Assembly (NCBI GenBank): GCA_049997795.1
Contig: JBEKVT010000001.1
Coordinates: 101,067 to 165,066, forward strand
DNA length: 64,000 nucleotides
Origin: Minisyncoccia bacterium
GTDB lineage: Bacteria; Patescibacteriota; Minisyncoccia; Phycocordibacterales; PALSA-1337
Direction: 5' to 3'
Shown: in pieces, positions 8,580 through 17,658 of the stretch
Numbering within the stretch: position 1 is the stretch's first letter
Layout of the letters: every line of letters starts with the position of its first letter
Made by a program: the position numbers and the translations under genes
The notes under the pieces: generated by a model
Database searches by the model: none
The model's input: the letters and a program-made list of their open reading frames with translations, nothing else
Told to the model about the DNA's origin: nothing

Positions 8580-10814
8580 ATGCCGCTTTCTCTCGAAACG
8601 CCCTTGAACGAACGCTTCCGCCTGACTCAAGCGCAGAGGGACGCCCTGCGGCGCCTCGGCATATCGGATGTGAGAGACCTCCTCTATCACTTCCCCGTCC
8701 GCTACGGCGACGTGGCGGAATCGCGGAACATCAACACGCTCGAGAAGGGCGACGTCGCCGTGGTCTTCGGCAAGGTCTCCGGCCTCAAAGCCTCGAAGGG
8801 CTGGAAGTCGAAGGTGGCCATGGCCGAGGCGGACGTCAAGGACGAGACGGGTAAGATCCACTGCGTCTGGTTCAACCAGCCGTACCTGGCCAAGATGACG
8901 CCTGAAGGAGCCTCGGTGCGCCTCGAGGGCCGGGTGTCGCAGAGGAGGGGAAGCGGCGAGCTGTATTTCTCGAATCCGAAGATCGAGGTCGTTAATGAAT
9001 TGCCGTCCGGCGCTCCCGATTCCCTTTTCGGCGAAGGCGAAGGGGCGCACAATCTGTATCCGGTCTATCCGGAATCGCGCGGCATAAGCTCGGCTTGGCT
9101 CTATCACAACATCGCCAAGCTATTCAAGGGCGGCATCCTGGAAGAGTTGGAAGATCCTCTGCCCGGTCATATCTTGGTCAAATATCATCTGCCGAACGTC
9201 CGCACCGCCCTGGTCTGGATCCACGCGCCCAAGAAGAAAGAGGACGCCGAGGCGGCCCGGAAGCGCTTCGCCTTCGAGGAGATATTCATCATCCAATTGT
9301 CCAGGCAGAAGGCCAGAGCGGAATACCGGCGGAATCCGGCTTTTGTCATCGAGCCATCGAAGAGGTCGGTGGAGGAATTCGTGCGGCGATTTCCCTTCAA
9401 GATAACGGCCGCCCAGAAGCGCTCGATAGACGCCATCCTCGGCGACTTCGCCCGCGACGAGGCCATGACGAGATTGCTTGAAGGCGATGTCGGGAGCGGT
9501 AAGACGGCCGTAGCCGCAGCCGCGGCCTTCGCCGCCGTGACCACCAGGCCGTCGCTCGTCCGTCCGGACGGCATGCGCGTACTCCAAAAGTTCGGTAGCC
9601 TACAAGTCGCCTACATGTGCCCGACGGAGATCCTGGCCGCCCAACATTTCGAGTCATTCATACAATATTTCTCATATCTAGGAATCCGTATCGGCCTTAT
9701 CACCTCCTCTGGCTGTAGGGTCTTCCCTTCGAAAGTGAATCCCAAGGGCTCCACCGATATCTCAAAGAATCAACTGCTCTCTTGGGTGGCAAACGGGGAA
9801 ATCCCAATCCTGGTCGGCACTCACGCTCTCATCCAGAAGTCAGTCACTTGGAAGCATCTGGCTTTCGTCATCATTGACGAACAGCACCGTTTCGGCACGG
9901 CCCAGCGGGCGCGGCTGCTCATGAAACACCTGGAGCCGCCGAAGAAAAAGGTTTCTCCGGATCTTTCTCCCTCGCCCGTTCCTCACTTGCTCTCGATGAC
10001 CGCCACGCCCATCCCGCGCACCTTGGCTCTGACTCTGTACGGCGACCTCGACCTGACTCTCCTAGACGAGATGCCGGCCGGCCGCAAGCCGGTCGTGACC
10101 GAGATCGTCTATCCGACCAAGCGTGCCGAAGTCTACGAGAAGATACGCCGCGAGCTTGCGGCCGGCAGGCAAGCTTACGTCATCTGCCCGCGCATAGACG
10201 AGCCTGACCCGGCCAAAGAAGCGGCCATCATCGCCAAATCCGTCAAGGAAGAGGCCAAGCGCCTGAAGAAAGACGTCTTCCCCGAATTCGAGATCGGCGT
10301 CCTCCACGGCAAGATGAAGCCGGATGAGAAAGATGCCATTATGGACGGCTTTAGGAAGGGCCACATCCATATCCTCTGCTCGACTTCTGTCGTCGAAGTG
10401 GGCATGAACGTGCCGAATGCCACGGTCATGGTCATCGAAGGCGCCGAGCGGTTCGGCCTGGCCCAATTGCACCAATTCCGCGGCCGGGTCATGAGGAGTT
10501 CCGATCAGGCTTACTGCTATTGCTTCGCCGAGACGACTTCCGAGAAGTCCGTCGAGCGTTTGAAGGCCTTGAAGACAGCCAAGAACGGCTTCGAGCTCGC
10601 CGAATTCGATCTTACGCAGCGCGGGGCCGGCGAATTATCCGGCGCCAGGCAATGGGGAGTCTCCGACATAGCCATGGACGCCCTCCGGAATCTGCGCCTG
10701 GTAGAGGCCGCCAGGACCGAAGCGGTCCGCCTCATAACCGAAGACGCCGAATTGACCAGGCACCCCGCCCTCAAAAGACTGATCGAGAGCGAGACGGTGG
10801 CGCATTTCGAATAG
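8580..10814 (+). CDS. recG: ATP-dependent DNA helicase RecG
   Basis: 744 aa with an N-terminal wedge region, helicase motifs (GDVGSGKT, DEQHRFG) and a RecG-like C-terminus. Confidence 0.85.
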   Translation: MPLSLETPLNERFRLTQAQRDALRRLGISDVRDLLYHFPVRYGDVAESRNINTLEKGDVAVVFGKVSGLKASKGWKSKVAMAEADVKDETGKIHCVWFNQPYLAKMTPEGASVRLEGRVSQRRGSGELYFSNPKIEVVNELPSGAPDSLFGEGEGAHNLYPVYPESRGISSAWLYHNIAKLFKGGILEELEDPLPGHILVKYHLPNVRTALVWIHAPKKKEDAEAARKRFAFEEIFIIQLSRQKARAEYRRNPAFVIEPSKRSVEEFVRRFPFKITAAQKRSIDAILGDFARDEAMTRLLEGDVGSGKTAVAAAAAFAAVTTRPSLVRPDGMRVLQKFGSLQVAYMCPTEILAAQHFESFIQYFSYLGIRIGLITSSGCRVFPSKVNPKGSTDISKNQLLSWVANGEIPILVGTHALIQKSVTWKHLAFVIIDEQHRFGTAQRARLLMKHLEPPKKKVSPDLSPSPVPHLLSMTATPIPRTLALTLYGDLDLTLLDEMPAGRKPVVTEIVYPTKRAEVYEKIRRELAAGRQAYVICPRIDEPDPAKEAAIIAKSVKEEAKRLKKDVFPEFEIGVLHGKMKPDEKDAIMDGFRKGHIHILCSTSVVEVGMNVPNATVMVIEGAERFGLAQLHQFRGRVMRSSDQAYCYCFAETTSEKSVERLKALKTAKNGFELAEFDLTQRGAGELSGARQWGVSDIAMDALRNLRLVEAARTEAVRLITEDAELTRHPALKRLIESETVAHFE

Positions 10815-10815
10815 T

Positions 10816-10887
10816 GCACGCGCCAGGACTTGAACCTGGAACCGATCGCGTATAAGGCGACTGCTCTACCATTGAGCTACGCGTGCG
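10816..10887 (-). tRNA. tRNA-Ile with anticodon UAU as encoded (possible Ile2-type), 72 nt, CCA not encoded
   Basis: Manual fold: acceptor GCACGCG/CGCGUGC, D-arm GCUCAAUGGUAGAGC, anticodon loop CUUAUAC and T-arm CCAGGUUCAAGUCCUGG. Confidence 0.65.
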
Positions 10888-10898
10888 ACACCGGAAGC

Positions 10899-12839
10899 TT
10901 AAACCTTTTTCTCTTTCTTAACAATGATGCCGTTCGCCGCCAGCAATTTCTCGTATTCTTCGCGCTCGATGGTCTCCTTCTCGACGAGCGTCTTGGCCAC
11001 GGCCTCGAAGGCCTTCTTGTGAGAGGAGAGCGTCTTCTCGGCGGTCGTCCGGGCTTCCGTCATGATACGGGTCACTTCGGCGTCTATCTCCGCCGCCACT
11101 TTCTCCGAATATTCCCTGTCGGCCACGCCCATGCCGAACATCACCCTGCCCTGGGCGCTGTCCAAGGCCACCGGACCTATCTTCTCCGACATGCCGTAGC
11201 GCGTCACCATGTCCCGGGCCAGGGCCGTCGAGACCTGCAGGTCATTGGAGGCGCCGGTCGTCATATCGTCGAAGACCATGCGTTCGGCCACGTATCCGCC
11301 GAGCGAGACGGCGATGTCGTCCAGGAATTCCTTGCGCGACTGTAATCTCCTGTCCTCGAACGGCAATTTCAATGTATAACCGGCGGCGCGGCCTCTCGAG
11401 ATTATGGAGATCTTGTGCACCGGATCGGCGTGAGGCAATACGGAAGCGACGATGGCGTGGCCGGCCTCGTGGTAGGCGGTGATCTCCTTCTCGTGCGGCG
11501 ACAGGACGTGCGAGCGGCGCTCGGGGCCCAGCATGACCTTCTCGATCGAGCGGATGAAATCGAACTGGCCAATCTTGGAGCGGCCTTCGCGGGCGGCCAA
11601 TATGGCCGCTTCGTTGGTGAGCGAGGCCAGGTCGGCCCCGGAGAAGCCTGGAGTGCGCTCGGCCACTATCCGCAGATTGACGTCCTCGGCCAACTGCTTC
11701 TTGCTGACGTGTATCTTCATGATGTCTTCGCGGTCATTCCTGTCGGGCAGGTCTATCGTCACCCGGCGGTCGAAGCGGCCCGGCCGAAGGAGCGCCGGAT
11801 CGAGGACATCAGGCCGGTTGGTTGCGGCCATGACGATGACCTTCTCATTCGGCTCGAAGCCGTCCATCTCCACCAGGATCTGATTCAGGGTCTGTTCACG
11901 CTCATCGTTGCCGCCGCCCCAGCCGCCGCCCCGGGTCCTTCCTACGGCGTCTATCTCATCCACGAAGACGATGGCCGGCGCGGCTTCTTTGGCCATCTTG
12001 AAGAGGTCGCGCACCCGCGAGGCCCCGACGCCGACAAACATCTCCACGAATTCCGAGCCGGAGATCGCGAAGAAGGCTACGCCGGCTTCGCCGGCCACCG
12101 CCCGGGCGAGGAGCGTCTTGCCTGTCCCCGGCGCGCCCATCAGGATGACGCCCTTCGGGATCTCCGCTCCGATGTCTATGAATTTCTTCGGGTTCTTCAG
12201 GAAGTCGACGATCTCCAGCAGTTCCTGCTTGGCCTCCTTGGCTCCGGCCACGTCTTTGAAAGTGATCTTTGGCTTCTGGTCCTCGGGCAAGGTCACTCTG
12301 GCCTTTGATTGGCCGAATGAGAGGGCCGCCATGCCGGCTCCGCGCATCTGTCGCGACAGGAGCCAGACGAAGAAGATGAGGAAGATGAACGGCAGGATGA
12401 AAGGCGCCAGCTGACCAGCCCAGTATAGGAAGCCGGAAGGCTCGGCCACGGTTATGGTGGTAGTCGACAGTTGGGCAGGTGTGACGCCGAGGCGAGTCAG
12501 GGATTCGGTGAGAGATGAGTCTGTCTCCTTCTGTGCAGTCCTCGTCGTCTTGTCGGTATATTGAGTGGTGACGGTCGTGTCCTGGATGGTCAATGAAGAA
12601 ATAAGGCCGCGTTTCAGGCCGTCGGCGATGGTCGAGAGCGGCACGGACGGCGCCGGCTGGTTCTGGGCGGAATATTCGGCATATATGCCGGAGACCAGAA
12701 GGAAGACCAGGATGATGGTGGCGACGATGTTGACGAAATTCCAGCGGGGCGCTGCGGGGCCGCGGCCGTCTTTCTTGCCGCTGCGGCGGCCATTGCCTTG
12801 GCCGTTGGACCGGCCGTTCGGGTTGGCGAATGGAGGCAT
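10899..12839 (-). CDS. ftsH: ATP-dependent zinc metalloprotease FtsH
   Basis: AAA+ Walker A GAPGTGKT, the SRH region and the HEAGHA zinc motif; 646 aa. Confidence 0.9.
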   Translation of the reverse strand: MPPFANPNGRSNGQGNGRRSGKKDGRGPAAPRWNFVNIVATIILVFLLVSGIYAEYSAQNQPAPSVPLSTIADGLKRGLISSLTIQDTTVTTQYTDKTTRTAQKETDSSLTESLTRLGVTPAQLSTTTITVAEPSGFLYWAGQLAPFILPFIFLIFFVWLLSRQMRGAGMAALSFGQSKARVTLPEDQKPKITFKDVAGAKEAKQELLEIVDFLKNPKKFIDIGAEIPKGVILMGAPGTGKTLLARAVAGEAGVAFFAISGSEFVEMFVGVGASRVRDLFKMAKEAAPAIVFVDEIDAVGRTRGGGWGGGNDEREQTLNQILVEMDGFEPNEKVIVMAATNRPDVLDPALLRPGRFDRRVTIDLPDRNDREDIMKIHVSKKQLAEDVNLRIVAERTPGFSGADLASLTNEAAILAAREGRSKIGQFDFIRSIEKVMLGPERRSHVLSPHEKEITAYHEAGHAIVASVLPHADPVHKISIISRGRAAGYTLKLPFEDRRLQSRKEFLDDIAVSLGGYVAERMVFDDMTTGASNDLQVSTALARDMVTRYGMSEKIGPVALDSAQGRVMFGMGVADREYSEKVAAEIDAEVTRIMTEARTTAEKTLSSHKKAFEAVAKTLVEKETIEREEYEKLLAANGIIVKKEKKV

Positions 12840-12900
12840 GATGGTTGATTATACAGAAAAGCCCTGAAATTGAAAGAAATCCGGGGTCTTGACTGGTACC

Positions 12901-12928
12901 TTGCGGATTTTACGGCCCGGTGTATACT
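12901..12928 (+). promoter_or_regulatory. Candidate sigma70-type promoter (TTGCGG-16-TATACT)
   Basis: Read directly from the sequence. It precedes the structured leader/ncRNA candidate. Confidence 0.35.
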
Positions 12929-12934
12929 GCTTAC

Positions 12935-13086
12935 GCAATGCCAGAGAATCGCGGATTCATTATGTCCACCGGGAAGCAGGTCCTCGCCTATCGTCGGGGG
13001 CTCATGTTTGGCATTGCGAGAGAGTAATAAGATTTAGACCAAGATACCAAACACGAGCCCCCGACATCCGGGGGCTCGTTTCGTTG
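12935..13086 (+). ncRNA. Candidate structured RNA (riboswitch-like leader or small ncRNA) bounded by a promoter and an intrinsic terminator
   Basis: A 10-bp closing stem (cgcaatgcca/tggcattgcg) encloses further hairpins. A possible anti-terminator segment gtcgggggctc is followed by the terminator acgagccccc-gacatcc-gggggctcgt-UUUCGUU (13052-13086), then AAAGGAG and ATG at 13123. The RNA class is not recognised. Confidence 0.35.
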
Positions 13087-13122
13087 GGCTCTTTAGCTCT
13101 TTAGAAAGGAGAAGAACCCCCC

Positions 13123-13305
13123 ATGAAGACAGTCAACGGCAAAGACCCGTCGACGACCACTGCACCGAAAAACGGCAGGGATCATGGATTGAGGGGCACA
13201 GTGCTCCTGCCCGTAACCGGCAGACGCGCCATCACCTTGATTTCGATCCCGGCTGATCTTCTCAGTAGGCCGTCCTTCAGGCGCCTGGTCCACGAGATCA
13301 GGTAG
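13123..13305 (+). CDS. Hypothetical small protein (60 aa) with a strong RBS
   Basis: AAAGGAGAAG lies 8 nt upstream of the ATG. The gene sits directly after the terminator of the candidate leader and is followed by a terminator hairpin at 13312-13337. Confidence 0.35.
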   Translation: MKTVNGKDPSTTTAPKNGRDHGLRGTVLLPVTGRRAITLISIPADLLSRPSFRRLVHEIR

Positions 13306-13359
13306 CCAAAACCCCCGGATGCTTACGCGTCCGGGGGTCTTCTCATTCAAGGTCGAGGC

Positions 13360-13566
13360 CTATTTCTTCTCCTCGCAGCACTTGCAGCGGCAGAGCTTCG
13401 GCCAGACCGCCACGATGAGGAGGATCGGCCAGATGATGTCGGCCACGTACCAGCTGAAGACGTTGAAGTTCGCCAGAAGGACAGTGACGGCGATCAGGAC
13501 GACCGCAACGGGCATGACCTTGTGGTGCGGGCACTTGCACACCTTTGGACCTTCGTTCGGATTCAT
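13360..13566 (-). CDS. Small Cys/His-rich membrane protein (putative metal-binding), hypothetical
   Basis: 68 aa, CKCPHHK ... two TM helices ... CRCKCCEEKK. Confidence 0.45.
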   Translation of the reverse strand: MNPNEGPKVCKCPHHKVMPVAVVLIAVTVLLANFNVFSWYVADIIWPILLIVAVWPKLCRCKCCEEKK

Positions 13567-13668
13567 GGTTATTGTGGATGATTATGCTAGTAAAAGTAGA
13601 CATATTATAGCATCTCCCGGCGCCTCATGGCCCGCAACGGTTGTGGGGAAAGTAATGAAGGACAGGCA

Positions 13669-13697
13669 AGAAAAAGGGCCCGTTTTTGGTGGGGCCC
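13669..13697 (-). terminator. Intrinsic terminator downstream of gene 13706..14434
   Basis: Stem gggccc/gggccc with a 10-nt loop, followed by a T-run on the minus strand. Confidence 0.5.
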
Positions 13698-13705
13698 TCG
13701 CAAAA

Positions 13706-14434
13706 TTAACGAGATCGGCTGCTGGCGACTGCTTCGACAGGCGATCTCAATGGCTCGAAGCGGAAGTAATACCCTTTCTTGTGCTTGACGATCCCGAAGA
13801 TATCGTGAAGGAGGAGATACAGCTCATCGAACTCGCAGCTGCATCGATCACGTGAAGCCTGGGTGAGCTGCCGGTTGCTTTCGACGCCGACGTCGAAGCG
13901 GCCGGCTGCTTCTCCTTCGCCTTCCACGCGTTTCAGCCTCAAGATCTCATCGGCGATGGGCTGCAAATCAGAGTCAGCGGCCGATTCCGCCTCGGACAGG
14001 CTCTCGGCCGTCGCGATCGACGAGTGCTCTTCAAGGAGCTTGCCGTACTGTTCGAGTAAATATCCGAACCCTCTCGACACAGACACTCGGTCGGGCAGCT
14101 CCGCCCTCTTGTTCCAGAGCGAAATCAGGACCCGGATGGCGGCAGCCGGCGCCGCCAGACTGCTCACGGCGCTCAGGGCGATCGCCAGGATCGGATGGAG
14201 ATTGACGTCCATCCGCGCGATGATCATGAACGACATCGCTGTCCACAAGATGAAGGACACGACAGCGAAGACGATGGCACAGGCGTTGTTCCGTCTCCTG
14301 CGGACCATGTCTTTCGCCTTTTCCATGAGGATCTCATGTTCCCAGCGGAGATCGACCCTCTGGGATTTCTCCCAGCAATCGAATACCCACGGCCGCATTT
14401 TCTTCAAGATGCGGACGAGCTTGGATGCTTTCAT
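13706..14434 (-). CDS. Hypothetical membrane protein
   Basis: 242-aa ORF with two TM helices and an acidic C-terminal half. Confidence 0.45.
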   Translation of the reverse strand: MKASKLVRILKKMRPWVFDCWEKSQRVDLRWEHEILMEKAKDMVRRRRNNACAIVFAVVSFILWTAMSFMIIARMDVNLHPILAIALSAVSSLAAPAAAIRVLISLWNKRAELPDRVSVSRGFGYLLEQYGKLLEEHSSIATAESLSEAESAADSDLQPIADEILRLKRVEGEGEAAGRFDVGVESNRQLTQASRDRCSCEFDELYLLLHDIFGIVKHKKGYYFRFEPLRSPVEAVASSRSR

Positions 14435-14678
14435 TCTTCCCTTTCTGTTCTCAATGGGCTTTTGGCCGTCATCCCCCCGTCTCCGGAGGGCGACACTTCA
14501 TCGAGTTCTGCATCGCCCCGGACGAGACTGTTCGTAACGTCCTGGCTTTGCACCGCCATTTGTTTTTAGCAATGGCGGGGATGATTCCGCCACAAATAAT
14601 ATCACCGCTAGGAGAATTTGTCAAATCAGTTCAGATGATGTGGCTAGGCGATGAAAATCGCCGCGCCAAGCGGATGTT

Positions 14679-14957
14679 CTAGCCGAGAGCCAGCCGGATG
14701 GCGGCCTTGCAGGCATCGGAGACCATGCCTCCGACCTCCCTGCTGTTGTCTTCGATGCGCACCTTTTCCCCATTCCTCGGCAGATAGACGTATTCACCCT
14801 CTATGTAGGCGATCCTTTTGCCGGTCATGTCGAAGACCTCCGTGCTCGAGAAGTAAGCGACCTTATTGCCGTTATGGTCGTATATATGGTCGCCGTCCAC
14901 CCGGCCGATCTTCACCCCGCCGCGCCTGATCTCGTTGTTGTTCACGACCTGGATCAT
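14679..14957 (-). CDS. Hypothetical small protein
   Basis: 92-aa ORF, MIQVVNNNEIRRGGVKIGRVDGDHIYDHNGNKVAYF... Confidence 0.4.
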   Translation of the reverse strand: MIQVVNNNEIRRGGVKIGRVDGDHIYDHNGNKVAYFSSTEVFDMTGKRIAYIEGEYVYLPRNGEKVRIEDNSREVGGMVSDACKAAIRLALG

Positions 14958-15031
14958 GGCCCTATTGTATCAGATGGGGAAATAAAAATCCCGCGGTACG
15001 ATTATCGTCGCATTTATACTATAATCAAGGG

Positions 15032-15838
15032 ATGGAATTCTTCGTACTGCTCGGCGCCCGCACTCCCAGGAACGAGAGGGGGGAGATCACGTTCCCTCTT
15101 GTCGCCGGGACCAGGACGAATTCAAACGCCTCCATGGAAGAAGAGGTCTCGGGAGGATGGGCGCGGATGGGCGGATTGAGGATATTGAAACAGCAGTTCA
15201 CGTCCAACGTCCATCCGTCAGACCTTATCGTATTCGTCACGGGCGGCCAAGAGCCTGGGGCCGATGCTTCTCGCGCCGAAAACATGGCGAGGGCCTTGGT
15301 GGAGACTTTCGGTTTCGACCCCGCAAAAGTCATCCCCATCCGGGGTAAGGGCTCTACTCAAGGGAACGCCGAGTCGATCATCCGCTATATGGTGGAGAAG
15401 AAATACATGAAGAAGACTCCTCTGGTGCTGAATCTCGTGACCAACGACTATCACATGCTCCGCGCGTGGCTCTTGTTCGCGTTCGCCTTCTACGAACATC
15501 ACAACGGCACCTCGCTCGTATTGCCGGCCGAGGATATCGAAACGATAAGGACGATCCTGAAAAAGGCCACCGAGAAGCTCGCGGAAAAAAAGAAATGCGA
15601 CCCGGACGCGTTCCGAGAGGTGCGCGACCACGTGCTGTCGATCGTCCGTCCCCACCTTCTGGGGGAGCTCGCCGTGCAATTGGAGCCCTGTGTCGTCGAG
15701 GACATCTTCCAGCACACCCACCGCCATCTTCTGGAGAGGTACGCGGAGTGGCTCCGCGAGCACCCGAAGGTCCTCGAGACCACCAAATACGAGTACAAGG
15801 GAGTGATGGACCTGCTCGAAGGAAAATACGGACTATAG
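15032..15838 (+). CDS. DUF218/YdcF-like domain protein
   Basis: GSTQGNAES resembles the DUF218 GxS..T.ENA motif; 268 aa. Confidence 0.45.
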   Translation: MEFFVLLGARTPRNERGEITFPLVAGTRTNSNASMEEEVSGGWARMGGLRILKQQFTSNVHPSDLIVFVTGGQEPGADASRAENMARALVETFGFDPAKVIPIRGKGSTQGNAESIIRYMVEKKYMKKTPLVLNLVTNDYHMLRAWLLFAFAFYEHHNGTSLVLPAEDIETIRTILKKATEKLAEKKKCDPDAFREVRDHVLSIVRPHLLGELAVQLEPCVVEDIFQHTHRHLLERYAEWLREHPKVLETTKYEYKGVMDLLEGKYGL

Positions 15839-15950
15839 CCGCGGCCCCGGGAACAGATCGGCACTGAATAAGACACACCATTAAAAATTGGCGCCACTGT
15901 CTTCACCAACATAAAATCTCTGGAACCAGTCAGGGCCCTTTCTGCCCTTT

Positions 15951-16883
15951 TTATGTCGCTTTTAAGGCAAGCGATCTGTTGTGATGCCGCCGCGATTTCT
16001 CGAAAAACCAACCTACGGTCAAGAATGTCACCAACGGCGATACCCAGCCTGGTATATCCATGTGAAATGCGTTTAACGACATAATGATTCCCAGGAATAA
16101 TATCGAATACATCGCTCCGTTCTTCAGGAAAACATAATTCTTGATCCGCTGTATGTTTCCGACTGTTAATTGGCGCACGACGTACGCTCCGAGGCCGTTA
16201 CCAAGGATGATCACGGGCACGGATAGCGTGAAAGCGAACGCGCCCAGTACCCCGTCTATCGAGAATGTCGCGTCGATGATCTCGAGATAGAGCACCTTGC
16301 TCACGTCGGAACGCGTCTTTTTGATCAGGTTTTCTTCCGCCAATTCGGCGCTCTGTTTGAAGCCGTGCGTGATGAAAAAGGCTGTCGATCCTACGACGGC
16401 GCCGAACGCCATGAATGGATTTACCTTGATGGCAAACCAAACGATGACCGCGAGCATGATGGAAGTGGTCGCATAGAACCAGACGCCTTGTTCCAAGAAG
16501 AATCTCTCATGAGGCAATCCGATATTCTTGTCTTCAAGGAAAAGCCAGTGGAGAAAAAGCAATATGAGGAACATCCCGCCGCCGAGCAGCAAGATGGGCG
16601 CTGCGTATCCGATCGCGTCCAATACGGCCGGGTCGCTGCTGAACGTGGCGGTGAAGGCGCCGATAGGTCCAAGCGCCGGACTCGTCGTCCAGATGATGAT
16701 CCAGGGCAATGCCCCGCGAATCACGAAGACCGCGAACAGAAGTCCCCAGAACAAGAACCATTTCCTGGCCCGCGGCCGCATGGTCGCAAGGACTTCCGCA
16801 TTTACGATCGCATTGTCGACGCTACTGATAGTTTCGAAGAGAGCCAAACCGCAGATAGTAATGGCAAGAGTAAATAGATTCAT
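15951..16883 (-). CDS. TerC/DUF475 family integral membrane protein
   Basis: 310 aa with multiple TM helices and TerC-like FSIDGVLGAFAFT segments. Confidence 0.6.
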   Translation of the reverse strand: MNLFTLAITICGLALFETISSVDNAIVNAEVLATMRPRARKWFLFWGLLFAVFVIRGALPWIIIWTTSPALGPIGAFTATFSSDPAVLDAIGYAAPILLLGGGMFLILLFLHWLFLEDKNIGLPHERFFLEQGVWFYATTSIMLAVIVWFAIKVNPFMAFGAVVGSTAFFITHGFKQSAELAEENLIKKTRSDVSKVLYLEIIDATFSIDGVLGAFAFTLSVPVIILGNGLGAYVVRQLTVGNIQRIKNYVFLKNGAMYSILFLGIIMSLNAFHMDIPGWVSPLVTFLTVGWFFEKSRRHHNRSLALKAT

Positions 16884-16926
16884 ACGGCCACATTATAGCT
16901 CTTAAGAGACGTCATTCGAAATAGTT

Positions 16927-17024
16927 GAGATGGGTGCGTCTCTGTAGAACTGAATTCTCTAAAGCTATATGAGAAGATTTAGCCTGCATATAAAAAGTGC
17001 GATGAACCCGAAGGTCCATCGCAC
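16927..17024 (-). repeat. Intergenic repeat, copy 1 (~100 bp), containing a minus-strand intrinsic terminator
   Basis: It shares gagatgggtRcRtctctgtagaacYgaattctctaa ... tatataaaaagtgcgatgaacccgaaggtYcatcgcac with copy 2. The hairpin (16999-17024) plus the TTTTTATATA run on the minus strand is terminator-like. Confidence 0.55.
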
Positions 17025-17059
17025 CTGACCGAGCCGACTACTGTAGCGTGTGGCCGTCG

Positions 17060-17404
17060 TTACATGAGGTAGTGAAGGACCCAACCGAAGGAAAGCGCGA
17101 GGAGTGCATAAAGTAGGCTGGTTCCTAATGAGAGATACAGCATATAACCCCAACCCCGCTCCACTTCCTCATTGTAAGATCCGGAATGCATCGTGAGATA
17201 GCCCACGATCATGGAAATTCCCATTGCCGGAATGATTTTCAACACCGGCAAATGAAAAACCGGGACTACAAACCATCCCCACAGCACGCTCAGCACGAAG
17301 CCGTCGAGAATCGTCACGAGAGCCAGTGAGGCAATAAAACCGACGATGATCCAACTGGTTCGATTGAATTCGAGCCTGATACGTTGTCTTTCAGAGAACC
17401 ACAT
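17060..17404 (-). CDS. Hypothetical small membrane protein (114 aa)
   Basis: Three or four TM helices. It is flanked by AT-rich DNA and the two repeat copies. Confidence 0.45.
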   Translation of the reverse strand: MWFSERQRIRLEFNRTSWIIVGFIASLALVTILDGFVLSVLWGWFVVPVFHLPVLKIIPAMGISMIVGYLTMHSGSYNEEVERGWGYMLYLSLGTSLLYALLALSFGWVLHYLM

Positions 17405-17494
17405 GATTCCTTTCTATTTCAAGATGCATGCTTGCTACCTTGAACTGTGATTTAGGTGTATTGGGAAATTGCTACTCCCAGATGTTCTGAAAAT

Positions 17495-17524
17495 ATTGTA
17501 GCACACTTGATAACCATTAGTCAA
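17495..17524 (-). promoter_or_regulatory. Candidate sigma70 promoter (TTGACT-18-TACAAT) for the 114-aa membrane protein gene
   Basis: Read on the minus strand in the AT-rich spacer. It would give a ~90-nt 5' UTR. Confidence 0.45.
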
Positions 17525-17537
17525 GTGATAAATGGTG

Positions 17538-17637
17538 GAGATGGGTACATCTCTGTAGAACCGAATTCTCTAATCTATATATCTAGAGGTATTAATCTGT
17601 ATATAAAAAGTGCGATGAACCCGAAGGTTCATCGCAC
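17538..17637 (-). repeat. Intergenic repeat, copy 2, with a perfect terminator hairpin downstream of the SPFH gene
   Basis: gtgcgatgaac-ccgaag-gttcatcgcac followed by TTTTTATATA on the minus strand (hairpin 17609-17637). Confidence 0.55.
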
Positions 17638-17658
17638 TCGAACTAACGAAATGACAAG

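Noticed and set aside
12935-13086. SRP (4.5S) RNA, suggested by the GGGAAGCAGG motif
   Set aside because: The order of motifs (the GGAAGCAG-like block precedes the GUCC block) and the helix topology do not match bacterial small SRP RNA. An 8-mer match is expected by chance in 64 kb. It is kept only as an unclassified structured-RNA candidate.
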